Shown here: positions 1 through 11,688 of the stretch, piece by piece
Numbering within the stretch: position 1 is the stretch's first letter
How the letters are laid out: each line of letters begins with the position of its first letter
Source: Dendronephthya gigantea
Taxonomy: Eukaryota
Direction of reading: 5' to 3'
DNA length: 64,000 bases
Assembly (NCBI RefSeq): GCF_004324835.1
Contig: NW_021163026.1
Location: 2,035,271 to 2,099,270 of the forward strand
Notes under the pieces: generated by a model
Databases searched by the model: none
Told to the model about the DNA's origin: nothing
What the model saw: the letters and a program-made list of their open reading frames with translations, nothing else
Program-made: the position numbers and the translations under genes

Positions 1-394
1 GTATAAATTGCTGTGTTTCAAGGAGCGATTATATGATGCACTCAAGTCTTTGGAAAGGAAGCAAGAAGAAACTCAAGAATCTGTTGGTGTCTTCAAAAGG
101 ATCTTACTTGGTGTTCACGGACGTGTTTCATTTAAAACGTTAGTTTGCCTGATCAACCATCATCGTAGTGTCTTAAATTGAAATAATCCTGAAGAGGCAT
201 TAGTGGCGGCCGATGGCCGTTGAGTTCCATTAAAATCGTCACTGCATGATATTTCTATAGTTTTAGGTTTAACGTATCCTATGCCATGAGATTCTACTCT
301 TAATTTAGCTTTCTGACTTTCATGCTTTTATTTTCCTTTAGACGAACACAGCGTCGGGATCAAGAGATTGGAACATTCGCCAAATGCACGCGAA

Positions 395-700
395 TACAAA
401 ATCTCCATTTCAGTTTGGCTTTGAAAACAAAACTATTCGTATCCCATGCGTAGGCATTGTACACTCTTCTGTTTACCTTCTTGATTTTCAATTTTCGGAT
501 GGCATGCAGATTCTTTACCTCCAACCCCTGGGTTACTGGTTGTTACGAGTAGCAAGTAAATACAAGTGATTCTGGGGCCCCATCACTTGTATTTTCTGAA
601 TGCTCGAACGACGATAGTCCGGCGTAGGCAAAATATGTCGCTCTCTGAGCACCTAAAACGTACATTGCATGAGAAATGATCTCTCTAGAAGGAAATAACA
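395..700. repeat. Roughly 300-bp interspersed repeat with an internal hairpin (caagtgattctggggccccatcacttg). Partial copies are at 1725-1880 and 2589-2725.
   Basis: Positions 400-545 are nearly identical to 1730-1880 (...tacactcttctgtttacct...gattttcaattttcggat.gcatg...cc.atccctggtttactggttg). Positions 573-700 are nearly identical to 2595-2720 (ggccccatcacttgtattttctg.atgctcgaacgacgatagtcc...ctgcatgagaaatgatctc). Confidence 0.8.
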
Positions 701-1048
701 GTGGAGTGTTCTGGTCAACGCCGTTTCTGCATGAAATAAAATAATGCATGAAATAAAATAATGCATGTATTCCGAAAAAGCGGACGGCATTTTGTAATTG
801 CGTGCAGAATGGGGGATGTGTTGGACGAACGACGAAATTAGATGAGGAGAAAGCTTATTCAGGTACCATTTGTGTTGTGTTTCATATCGTTTCCAGGACA
901 GATGAAGCAGTACATGGTTAATATAGGTAGTTCTGGTAGCGAACTTTCCTAGTTATTTTGTCGTGGTCAAAGAAACTGGAATTTCTATTGGGCAATGCGA
1001 TGCCATTGAAACATACTAAATTCATATGTTGAAGGATGACCGTGCAAT

Positions 1049-1245
1049 CGGATGTCGAAGGATCGCCGAAAGGATGTCGAAGGATCGCCGAAAGGATGTC
1101 GAAGGATCGCCAGTCGGATGTCGACGCCAAAGATCGCCGATCAGATGTCGAAGCCTTGAAGGATCGCCGATAAGATGTCGAAGCCTTAAAGGAATAGGAT
1201 CGCCACTCGGATGACGAAAGATCGCCGATAAAATGTCGAAAGACC
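1049..1245. repeat. Minisatellite with a unit of about 21 bp (gatgtcgaaggatcgccgaaag), about 9 copies.
   Basis: Directly visible tandem repetition. It generates artefactual ORFs on both strands (1022-1258 -, 1026-1214 +). Confidence 0.9.
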
Positions 1246-1724
1246 TTACAGCATTCATTGAACGAAGAGGAAGCTCATGAAGGTAGCATTTTCGTAACTA
1301 ATAATGTATGCATGGTAAAGTAGTTGTTTTTAACGCGATAACTCTCATGGTGGTCCAAACTGAATGTATTTACACATTAAGTAACATTTCTCCCTTTTGA
1401 AAAGTGACAACATCAAAACGTTTTCCTGAACTTGTGCATGCAGTTTCGAGTTTTGTCGGTCAGAAGACTCTGAATATCCTGTGTCCTTACTTACGTGTAA
1501 ATACATGATTTAACTGCATCGTTGCATGAGGTTTTTAAAAATAAAGCGAATTGATATCGTATCGGTTGCGCGCGATTTAAAATTGAAATTTATCGAATTC
1601 ATATTGATCTGATTCAGATTAATAAGAAGGGTTTGACGCAGAGCACTTGTATAATAATTATACAACTGCTCTTTCCAGTTTGCTTGCGGTAATCACGGCG
1701 AAGGACGTCGATGGTAACAAAAAT

Positions 1725-1880
1725 TATATTTTCATTTCAGTTCATTTCTGTTTGGCTTTCAAACGAACGAAAACAATTTGATTGAAACGCAGACCATACA
1801 CTCTTCTGTTTACCTCACTGATTTTCAATTTTCGGATTGCATGTACTTTCAGTCTTCCCAATCCCTGGTTTACTGGTTGA
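1725..1880. repeat. Partial copy (5' half) of the 395-700 repeat family.
   Basis: See the feature at 395-700. Confidence 0.75.
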
Positions 1881-2588
1881 TAGCTACAACAGGGATTATT
1901 CTAAGCTGGATTCGATGCCACTTTTCGAAGTTGTAGAAATATTTATGCATGGGGTTGAACATTTTGGCTTTTATTTCCGTTGTAATTAAAATGTTGTTTC
2001 TGGAGTTTAACCAACATTTTTAGGGATAATTTATTATATATATAAATGCATGTTTTCCAACTTTTCAAATTCAAGCCAGGAACGGTCAAGAAAAATAAAG
2101 CAACTATCGGTCCTCCAGCAGTAATGAGACACGAAAATATTATGCAAGAATATCCTGTCCTCTTGATAAATTTTGTTCTCAAGACCTCTCTTCTCTGCAC
2201 AGATTCCTGAATTTACAATCATTTTATTTTATTATTATTTCAATTTATTTTATTATAATTATTTTATTGTATTTATCACTTTACTCTATTATATTATATC
2301 AATCACTTCGTATTATTTACTCGAAATAGAACTATGCAGCAGCACGGGGGAGTATTTCTCAAAATATGATAGAAAAGGTGACAGTAATCTATGGTAATCT
2401 ATAGTAGTTCCTTATCTCGAGAGTTAGGCTTTCGGTCATTTTTTTTATTTTGTATTAAATTATGTTTGAATGGTGCATACTTGTTGATCAACTAATATAA
2501 CGTAACATAACATAACATAACATAACAGAACAGAACAACACTGCAGATACTTAATTTAATAATTTACAGTATACTAAGAAACTGATTT

Positions 2589-2725
2589 TCTTCTAGGCCA
2601 GGGCCCCATCACTTGTATTTTCTGCATGCTCGAACGACGATAGTCCAACGTAGGCAAAATATGTCGCTCTCTGAGCACCTAAAACGTACACTGCATGAGA
2701 AATGATCTCTAGAAGGTAATAACAG
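2589..2725. repeat. Partial copy (3' half) of the 395-700 repeat family.
   Basis: See the feature at 395-700. Confidence 0.75.
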
Positions 2726-3599
2726 TCGAGTGTTTGAATGTTTTTCGATCACGAGTTTACCACAAAATGGAAGTTTAATCAGCCGTAAACAAAGTCTGTG
2801 CATGACTACAAAGAAGTGAATTTTTGTTGCCATCGACGACCGAGGAAGCGCAGTTGCGATTTGAATAAATATTGTTTTGCGCGTTCAAATGAATCCTAAC
2901 AACTAGAGCATGCAGCGGAAAATAACGAGCAGGTTTTGGACCACCAGGATAAATATATAAATGGGTGTAAAAACTTGGACTAGAATAGCGGCGAAAGCGA
3001 AACTTGGCAAAAATATGGCGAACTCTTCAATACTTCTTACAAAATCTAAAATTCGGACCAGGTAACCTGAAATTCAGGTTACCTTTGGAGGGTTTTTCAC
3101 CGGGCACTCCGGTTTCCCTCCTTTTCGTTTGGCTTTAAAAACAGTGTCCATGTCTGGGGCCAAACAAAGATATCAAAATTGTCATACGAAGTCCTCCATT
3201 TCTGGGGCTGATTCTACTGAGATCTTATCTTTTGACTAAAAACCTATTGAATTTATTGTTTGGCCTCTGGGTTAAAATCCCGGAACACTGTGAACTCGGT
3301 GCCAATGAAATTAGTTGTTTCTCAAGAACTCAAGAAGTTAGATTTGTGAATTCACTTTCTCAAAGAAACGATGGACCAAGCAAATTACTGATTACATATT
3401 GAGGATTTCTCGATTATTTCATTTTTTATAGCCTTTGTGGTAATGAAGAATATCTCAAAATATGTCAGTACGAGATCCTTTTTTTTATTTTGCGGGGTAA
3501 AGGTCTGGGAACGACTCTCCAATATGGCGGACGGGAAAACGGTTTTTGTAGGAAAACTTGAAAAGAAACTACCTTGAGTGCTACTTGCTTTTGGAAAAA

Positions 3600-6500
3600 A
3601 TGAGTAAAACTTATCCCAGTGAACGCTGCTTTCACGTCGCTCGTAACGTATGCATTTCTAAGCTGCAAGAGCTCAGCGATCATGATTTCCGAGCGCTTTT
3701 ACCTTCGCTTGTGAGGATGTCACAGTGTCCTAGTTTGGACGAGAGTTCACATTGGCAAGAAGCAAAAAAAGAAATTCAAAAATTGTTATGCGGTATGGAG
3801 ATAGTGAACTCCATTGTAGGCTTGCTCTCAGTGGATTTTGGATGTTTAAGGTATGTAAGTTTTAACTGCAATTGCGCGATCAAAGATTTCGTCTCAAAGA
3901 TTTCGTCTCGATAAACTGACAGTGAGTAGTGACCTGTGTTATTCTCAGACAAGATTGCTTGAAAGAAAAACAGATTCAACGTAAGCTTGAAGAGAATGGT
4001 CCAAACAATCACAGTGCTTTGATAGAGGCTTCCAGGGTGGGTTTAGTGTTGGATTTTGAACAGAGTGAACCATCCAGGAGGCTAAGATTGGTCCTAAGGG
4101 AGCTTCTTCGCGTTATGAGCCAGGTATTTGGAAATTGCTGATGGATTGCATCACCTGTGTTCCAACCCTAATTTATATTCATGATAAAATTCTAGTCGTC
4201 AGAAAACAGAGAGTTCTCAGCTCTTGAAAACTGTGAATTTTTTGAATGTGAAGTTTATATGGAAGACATTTGTGATGTATTGTGCATTGCTCAAGCTGGT
4301 GAGTAAAATTGTATTGCTTTGAGATCTTTCTGTGCTATCTGTTGAGGAATAATTGCCATTCTCAAATTATTTTCTCCCTAGAGCTTTCTGAACTTTTCCC
4401 ACTTGATGAAGTGTCAAAGGCCCTCTTGAGAGTTCCAAATGGTCCATGGTTTATATGCCGCTTGCTCGTAAATTTCCCGGATTATTTTGAGCAAGGTAAC
4501 AGCAGAAAGATTCATACTGAGCTTTTCATACTAAGTTTCATACTAAGATTCATACTAAGTTTGTTTAGTTTAGGTTTCCTCCCGTAGTAACACTGGATCA
4601 ATAAGATATGCTACTTACTGGACCTCTAGAAAGAACAGTTTAGAACTGATAGAGCTATCCAGTATAAATAAAGTTAGTTTAGTTTAGGTTTTCTCCTGTA
4701 GTAACACTGGATCAATAAGAGATGATCCTTACTGAACCTCTAGGAAGAACAGTTTAGACACTGATACTTAGTAAAACTGATATCCAGTAAAAATAATATC
4801 CAGTATATGTAATTTACAGTGTGTTCAGCTCTGTTAACCAAACAAGACTTGAAAGCAAACAATCCATTTCCATCCTATATTCAAACCAAGGCTCTGCATC
4901 ACCTCTGTAAGATGAACCCTGACTACGCTATGACCATCCGTAGCGAGGCTGTCAAGAATTGTTGCCTGCCAGAACTGACTGTAAAGCTTACGCTGGACTG
5001 TCATCTTGATAGCGGCGAAAGACGAGACTTAGTTGAGTTTGTCAGTGGGCTACTGTTAGGCAGTGATATTCGTGTTAGAAAATGGTTTGCACATTTTATT
5101 AAGAATGGTCAAAAAGTATGTTTATCTATAAAGTTTTTGAATGTTTTATTGTGTGTAGAAAGGAATTAGTTGATCTTGTTGAATTCTCACTTGTAGCATG
5201 AAGGTAGTGTGTCCAACACTGCACTGACGCAGCTCCGTGAAGAACTTCTGAATGAAGTTGTGGCAATCACCCCCCCTGGACATAGGGAGAGGATCAGGAA
5301 GGAGTGGCAGAAGGGAAGAAAGGGGCAAGAGGGGATGTCTGAGGGAAAGCGGAGGATAACAGTTGATGAACAAGATAAAGAAACATTGGAAATAATTGAA
5401 GGTATAACTGGCAGTGATTGACCATTTGCCCAGGCAGAGAAATTAAGACTAAAACTAGTTGTAAATCAAAATCCATATTTTGGTCAAAGTCTTATGATAT
5501 CTTGTGAAATAATTTGTTTGGCCTCAAAATTATATCTCATATCCTCCTAGCAATGGACATGTCAACAGATTTTGAAATCGTCCAAGAGGAAGCTCAAAGC
5601 TCATCCCCAGGCCAAAACGATATGCCAATGGATACGAGCGAACAACCAACAACCTTGCTGGAGAAAGATGTGATTAGTGCAACTGCTATTTTGAGGCTGT
5701 TCTGTGCGCTGAAGGGGATTGCTGGGATGAAAATAAGCAACAAGGAGTCAGATGAACTTGTGTGTCTGATAACCAGTCAAGCACCGCAGACTGCCGCTGG
5801 AGCACGGTTTGTTACAGTCGGGTTGTGCACCATGTTGGCTTGTTCTGGTATTGTCAGGTAAGGAGTGATTTAGACTAGTCTGGTTTAAAGGTCCCAATTC
5901 AATTTTACCAGATCCAATTCACTTTTGATGAATGTAAATTTCATGTGAGATCACCTTAAGTAATACCAAATGATTCATATTGAGTCAAACTGGAAGAACT
6001 CTTCTCACATGTGACTGAGGTCAGTGGCAGATTCAGGGTTGGGCAGAATAAATTACTACAGCTAAAAATCGTAATAGCATTGGTAGATTTTTATTTAAAA
6101 ATATTCTGTAGAAATCCGTGACCAATAGCGTTGGTATTGAGGTATTTTGAATTTAAAATTAAGCCTTTTAATTTATTCTGCCTAACCCTAGATCCGCCAC
6201 TGACTGAGGTGAAATTATTAATAGACAACTGCATATTACAGAAATCAAACCTCAGTCACAGAGATGAAAGACAATGTACTAACCACTGTGTTTGGTAGAG
6301 TCAAAGTGGAAGCATTCTTCTCACATGTGACTGAGGTGAAATTATTAATAGACAACTGGATATTACAGGAATCAAACCTCAGTCACAGAGATGAAGGACA
6401 CATGTACTAACCACTGTGTTTGGTAGAGTCAAAGTGGAAGCATTCTTCTCACATGTGACTGAGGTGAAATTATTAATAGACAACTGCATATTATAGAAAT

Positions 6501-9500
6501 CAAACCTCAGTCACAGAGATGAAGGACACATGTACTAACCACTGTGTTTGGTAGAGTCAAACTTGAAGCACTTTTCTCACATGTGACTGATGCATATGAT
6601 TTATTTTTAGTACCAGCGAACAAGAACAGGAAATGATCAAATGGATAAAATGGCTTTCGAAAGAAGAATCCCACTACGAAAGCTCCACGGGTCTCCATAT
6701 CTCATTTGGCGAGAGCCTTCTGCTGACAGCGATTCATTTTCATAGCAATAATTTGGAAGCGATTACCGGTCTCGTTAGCTCCACGCTTGGGATGAGGGTA
6801 AGACCGGGCACTCTGACGAGGATAAAGACGATATTCACGCAAGATTTATTCCCCGAAAAAGTAAGATTTGTGCTAGGAACTAACTACACTACTTTATACT
6901 GCGGCTTAACTATGTCTAAGTACTTTTATTTGTGCAAAACTCGTTCAACTAATCCAGGTTTATCACTGGGTAAAACCTTCACTAACTTTATACTGGATAA
7001 CTCTATTAGTTCTAAACTGTTCTTCCTGGAGGTCCAGTAAGGATCACCTCTTATTGATCCAATGTTACTACAGGAGGAAACCTAAACTAAACTAACTTTA
7101 TTTATACTGGATAACTCTATTAGTTCTAAACTGTTCTTCCTAGAGGTCCAGTAAGGATCACCTCTTATTGATCCAGTATTACTACAGGAGGAAACCTAAA
7201 CTAACTTTATTATACTGGATAGCTCTATCAGTTCTAAACTGTTCTTCCTAGAGGTCCAGTAAGGATCATCTTTTATTGATCCAGTGTTACTACAGGAGGA
7301 AACCTAAACTAAACTAACTTTATTTATACTGGATAGTTCTATCAGTTCTAAACTGTTCTTCCTAAAGGTCCAGAAAGGATCATCTCTTATTGAGACGTAG
7401 CTATTTTTTTCCAGGCAATAACAGAACACGCAGTGAGAGTTGCCGTGACTGATCAGTTAACAGCAAATGACTCAGGCTTTCTTCCAGTTCATTGCGTCTA
7501 TCACTTGCTCAAGAACAGAACTTTCACGAAACATTCTGTCCAAGTCAAGGTGCGTGTCTGGAACAAGAATAATTCCTTACATTATTCCTTACGAATGAAT
7601 ACTGTATCACTCCAGGTTATGATTCTCGGTCATATGAACATCTTTTGATGTTTTACCCAGGACTGGTTGTACAAGCAAATTTTATGCTCCTCCAAGCCAC
7701 TTCATCCTCTCCTTGTAAATCTTATTGACGTGTTCGTGACGTCAGTAGTCATGCCGCTGCCTAGCAAGCATCGTAGACTCACGGGCAATGTCACAGTGGA
7801 AGGATTTTCCGAAACTGATATATTGAAGGTGTTTAAAAGCCAGGTAATAAATGTTCAAAAACTTGGCCTGCTAAACCAAACGCATGTTCGACGAGCAGAA
7901 CCATTTAACCTTTGATTCAAATTATTGTTTTCTTTTCACAGCAAAGAAATTCGTCGTCAAAAACATCTCAAGCTAATCTGACAGCACAGTTGTTAATATT
8001 GTATTATCTGCTTTCTTATAAAGACTGTTGTTTATCCAACATGAAATCTTTAGGTACGTTGTAGAATACTACCTACACTGGACAACTACGTTTGAGATAT
8101 CTTTCTCAGGTAGTTCAGACACAAACCACGACAGCTTATTGTAGAATACTACCTACACTGGACCACTACGTTTGAGATATCTTTCTCGGGTAGTTCAGAC
8201 ACAAACTACGTAATTCATTGCTAACCACTAAACTATATTCTCACAGTTGCAAACAACCATCATCCTCCGGACTATTCCCGTTCGCTCTACTCGCAAATTC
8301 CGATCAAATATCTCCTGCAACAAGCCAGGAAATCACAAGAACATTACCGAGATCTTTATCCGCCATTACTGCGCCTGCTCGTCACGTACTACCCACAGTT
8401 ATGTCTGGTCGAAGACTGGTTATGCGAGGAAGATGGTGCAGAGAAACACACACAGGAGTCGAATATTTTATCCACGACAAATCTGACACCACTCGCTGTT
8501 AGCCAAGGTTGTTGTTATCTTATATTGCAAGTGCATGCAATTTACTTTGCTTTGACAGTTGTATGATTGCTATCAATCGCGTTTTTCGTCCCGTCACCAA
8601 AGAATTCACAAGTCACTCTCATGTCTAGTTTATGACTGTCTTGATAATATAAACTTAGATCAAAACAGAAATAGCATTCTGCAGTAGATTTTAGTTAAGA
8701 AATTGACAATAAATTTGCATTCTTCTTTCAGTTTTAGCCAACCTGCGTCAAAATCCCACTATGACTATGTTGACGTTGCTGAAGTTGAACAAACAAGATC
8801 CCAGGCTCCTGATTCCCTACGTTGATGCTGTCGTCGAGGGATTGCGCATGGCCCTGGACCCTAGTGTGTGTCGTCGTGTGCAAATATTGCTGAAGGACTT
8901 GTGGATGAAACTTAACACGATGATACCCAGAAGGTATGCGAAAATGCTGCGGTTTTTGGGAAGATTGTGTTTTAGTTGAAAAGCAGTCAGGATCGCAGAA
9001 TTGTAGTTAATTTGTTTCAACTTTTTCAGGTTGTGGTTGTTGACGGTGAATAAGTTGTGCGATCAAACTACAGAGTCGACACCTTACCTTGATGATGAGC
9101 TAATTAAAGATCCTCTTACAGCACTGAGATGTGACCAAAAAATATTCAGGTACAAGATTTTTAGACTTCTAGGTCTTCAGGATGGACAGAGCTTAAAGTT
9201 AGTTTAGTTTAAGTTTCCTCCTGTAGTAACACTGGGTCAATAAGAGATGATCCTTACTGGACCTCTAGGAAGAACAGTTTAGAACTGATAGAGCTATTCA
9301 GTATAAATAAAGTTAGTTTAGTTTAGGTTTCCTCCTGTAGTAACACTGGATCAATAAGAGATGATCCTTACAGGACCTCTAGGAAGAACAGTTTAGAACT
9401 AATAGAGCTATCCAGTATAAATAAAGTTAGCTTAGTTTAGGTTCCTCCTGTAGTAACACTGGATCAATAAGAGATGATCCTTACTGGATCTCTAGGAAGA

Positions 9501-11469
9501 ACAGTTTAGCCATCCAAGATAAAAAATGTTGAAACCAATGAAATATTTACTACATGATGGCCGTTAATGTGTTGTCTAGATGTGCACCGATATTCACAGT
9601 TATTACCCGCGTCCTCATGGGATATTTAGCGGCTTCACGTGCGATGCTGAATCAACATATTCTGGCGAACAGTAATCCTGGCCCAAGCGCCTCGGGTACT
9701 TCATGTTCCAATCCTGAACAGGAGCGAGAGGAATTGAAGTCTGCGTTATTAGCAGCACAGGAGAGCGCTGTTGTGCAAATATTGTTGGAGGTCTGCCTGA
9801 AAACACCTGAAGAAAAGCAGGTCAGAATGAAGATGATATTAACCTCTCTAATACAGACACCTCTCTAATACAGACACCTCTCTAATACAGACACCTCTCT
9901 AATACAAACACCTCTCTAATACAGACACCTATCTAATACAGACATCTATCTAATACAGACACCTCTCTAATACAGACATCTCTCTATTACAGACACCTCT
10001 CTAATACAGACACCTCTTTAATACAGACACCTCTCTAATAGGAACACATCTCTAATACTGACAACTTTCTGATTTTTTATTTCAGAAGCATGGGGGAAGC
10101 ATGCAAAAGTGTGAACTTCGAGAGATTCAATGTCTCGTTTGTTCAACTTTACATCAAATGTTCATAACCGATCCAAAATTGGCAAAGCTTGTTCATTTCC
10201 AGGTGACTATGCTTGGTCTTCTAGTGTAGATTCCATCAATATTTTATGATCTTATTCCTTTGTTAAATATCTAGGGATATGATCCAGTGTTACTACCGGT
10301 CACCGTTAATGGTATTCCATCCATGCATATCTGTCTAAGTTTTATTACAGAATTATTAAATCAACCGGAGTTAGAAAAGCAGGTATGAATAAAAATCTTT
10401 ATTGCATTATAAATCAACACGTTTGAGATATCTTTTTCAGGTAGTTCAGACACAAACCACGACAGATTATTGTAGAATACTACCTACACTGAACCACCAC
10501 GTTTGAGATATCTTTTTCAGGTAGTTCTGACACAAATCACGACAGCTTATTGTAGAATACTGCCTACACTGGACCACCACCTTTGAGATATCTTTTCCAG
10601 GTAGTTCAGACAAATTTGACATCACATTTGAATGATATTATTCCCTGTTTCAGCTCTTTGCTGTCCAGTTATCTTCATATTTATGCGTTCAATTTCCGTT
10701 GCCAAAAGCTTTGGATGTAGCCAAGTACGTCATAAGTCGCATGACGTCTTTGTGTGAGGCGTTGCCTGGCGACAGGTTGGCGAGCTTCTTTATCCCAGCC
10801 TGTGAATGTCTGTTGCGTTTCTGCCGTGCTTTCCCGCCTTTATCGATGGATACGTCATCATTGCTGATGATGATTGGTCAACTGACTGCGTCCCGTGCGG
10901 CTGGAGGCTGCGAAGACGAACTTGGTAGGTTAGCAGTATGAAGATACCTCCAAGAGAAATAAACACCTCTCTAATACAAGCGCCATTCTAATACAGACAT
11001 CTCTGCATTACAAACACCTTTCTAGTACAGACATCTCTCTAAGGGCACACCTTTTAAATACTGACACATTTCCAATACAAACACCTCCCCCAAAATGACA
11101 CTGGTCTAATACAGACACCTCTCCAATACAGCTACAGTATCTCTCTGATACAACCAATTCTCTCTGAAAAAAACAGCTTCTTCCAACCATAAGATGTGTG
11201 ATTATTCTTCTTATTTTACAGAATTATCTCGCTATTACAATCTACTTCAAGATTTGCACAAAAACGCAGAAGCTGGACGTGACATTTTGGAGGACCTTGG
11301 GTTCGAAGACGAAGATATTAGTGAAGAAAGTGAACAAGTGTTTTGCAAAGTCAAATCAGACATCATTCCTGGTTCAAAGCACATCGTACTTTATAATGTA
11401 GTTAGACAGACTTTCAAAGACTTAGTTCATTTGTGTGTCATAGAGAAATATGGCCTTTCTAAAAGCTGA
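3600..11469 (+). CDS. INTS2: Integrator complex subunit 2-like gene. About 18 exons spliced from the ORFs at 3558-3914, 3929-4141, 4309-4587, 4819-5169, 5209-5421, 5514-5861, 6633-7040, 7433-7648, 7667-7915, 8218-8502, 8761-8979, 9554-9868, 10699-10941 and 11194-11469. Start ATG at 3600, stop near 11469.
   Basis: Consecutive + strand exon ORFs with GT donors and AG acceptors. From memory of the family, translated segments match INTS2: ELSDHDFRALLPSLVRMSQCP...EIVNSIVGLLSVDF; SRRLRLVLRELLRVMSQ; ALLRVPNGPWFICRLLVNFPDYFEQ; LCKMNPDYAMTIRSEAVKNCCLPELTVKLTLD; FVSGLLLGSDIRVRKWFAHFIKNGQK. The last exon ends YGLSKS followed by a stop. Confidence 0.7.
4563..4800. repeat. Repeat of about 115 bp, family R115 (core ...gtttaggtttcctcctgtagtaacactggatcaataagagatgatccttactggacctctaggaagaacagtttagaactgatagagctatccagtataaataaagttag...), two tandem units in an INTS2 intron.
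   Basis: The same unit recurs at 6975-7390, 9196-9515, 16858-17140, 25430-25660 and 60345-60560, plus a fragment at about 28395-28425. It occurs in both orientations and always as short head-to-tail arrays. Confidence 0.85.
5975..6600. repeat. Tandem array of about 4 units of a repeat of about 125 bp, each with an internal inverted repeat (gactgaggt...acctcagtcac), in an INTS2 intron.
   Basis: Units at about 6230-6355, 6355-6480 and 6480-6600 are nearly identical. The first unit is interrupted by the MITE at 6022-6202. Confidence 0.85.
6022..6202. mobile_element. MITE with 34-bp terminal inverted repeats and an 8-bp target-site duplication, hAT-like, inserted into the first unit of the 5975-6600 array.
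   Basis: The left terminus is cagtggcagattcagggttgggcagaataaatta. The right terminus is taatttattctgcctaaccctagatccgccactg, whose reverse complement differs at 3 positions. The flanking actgaggt (6014-6021) is duplicated at 6203-6210, whereas intact copies of the host repeat read gtgactgaggtgaaatt uninterrupted. Confidence 0.8.
6975..7390. repeat. R115 family array of about 4 units, reverse orientation, in an INTS2 intron.
   Basis: gttactacaggaggaaacctaaactaaactaactttatttatactggata.ctctat.agttctaaactgttcttcct.gaggtccagtaaggatca... repeated four times. Confidence 0.85.
8052..8215. repeat. Two tandem units of a repeat of about 78 bp (ttgtagaatactacctacactggac.actacgtttgagatatctttctc.ggtagttcagacacaaac.acg).
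   Basis: Direct duplication. The same family appears with 3 units at 10412-10620. Confidence 0.85.
9196..9515. repeat. R115 family array of about 3 units in an INTS2 intron.
   Basis: Same unit as at 4563-4800. Confidence 0.85.
9846..10060. repeat. Minisatellite with a 19-bp unit (acacctctctaatacagac), about 11 copies, beginning at the donor side of an INTS2 intron.
   Basis: Direct tandem repetition. A degenerate second array of the same unit lies at 10960-11160. Confidence 0.9.
10412..10620. repeat. Three tandem units of the 78-bp repeat seen at 8052-8215.
   Basis: acgtttgagatatctttttcaggtagttcagacacaaaccacgacagattattgtagaatactacctacactgaaccacc is repeated. Confidence 0.85.
10960..11160. 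repeat. Degenerate array of the ctctaatacagacacct minisatellite.
   Basis: cacctctctaatacaagcgccattctaatacagacatctctgcattacaaacacctttctagtacagacatctctctaa... Confidence 0.7.
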
Positions 11470-11688
11470 TGGGAAATCGATAGTTATTTTGGCATAATAT
11501 GCGAGTAATTTCCAGTAATACATGTACGCTTTGCGAACCTATTTTTTGTATTCAGAAGACACTGATCTACGTCATATTGACACTGGATGGTTAAATTATT
11601 CTCATTATCCATCCAGTTACATTAGTACATCTCAAAACCAACTGATCTGCATATTTTGACTGGGCGGTTAATTTTTGGCAACATAAAC

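Noticed and set aside
1022-1258. Overlapping ORFs on both strands (78 aa and 62 aa) with repetitive peptides (RHLIGDPS..., SKDRRKDVEG...).
   Set aside because: They are translations of the 21-bp minisatellite at 1049-1245, not genes.
2173-2397. 74-aa + ORF rich in Y, F and I.
   Set aside because: Translation of an AT-rich low-complexity tract (ttattattatttcaatttattttattataat). It is not coding.
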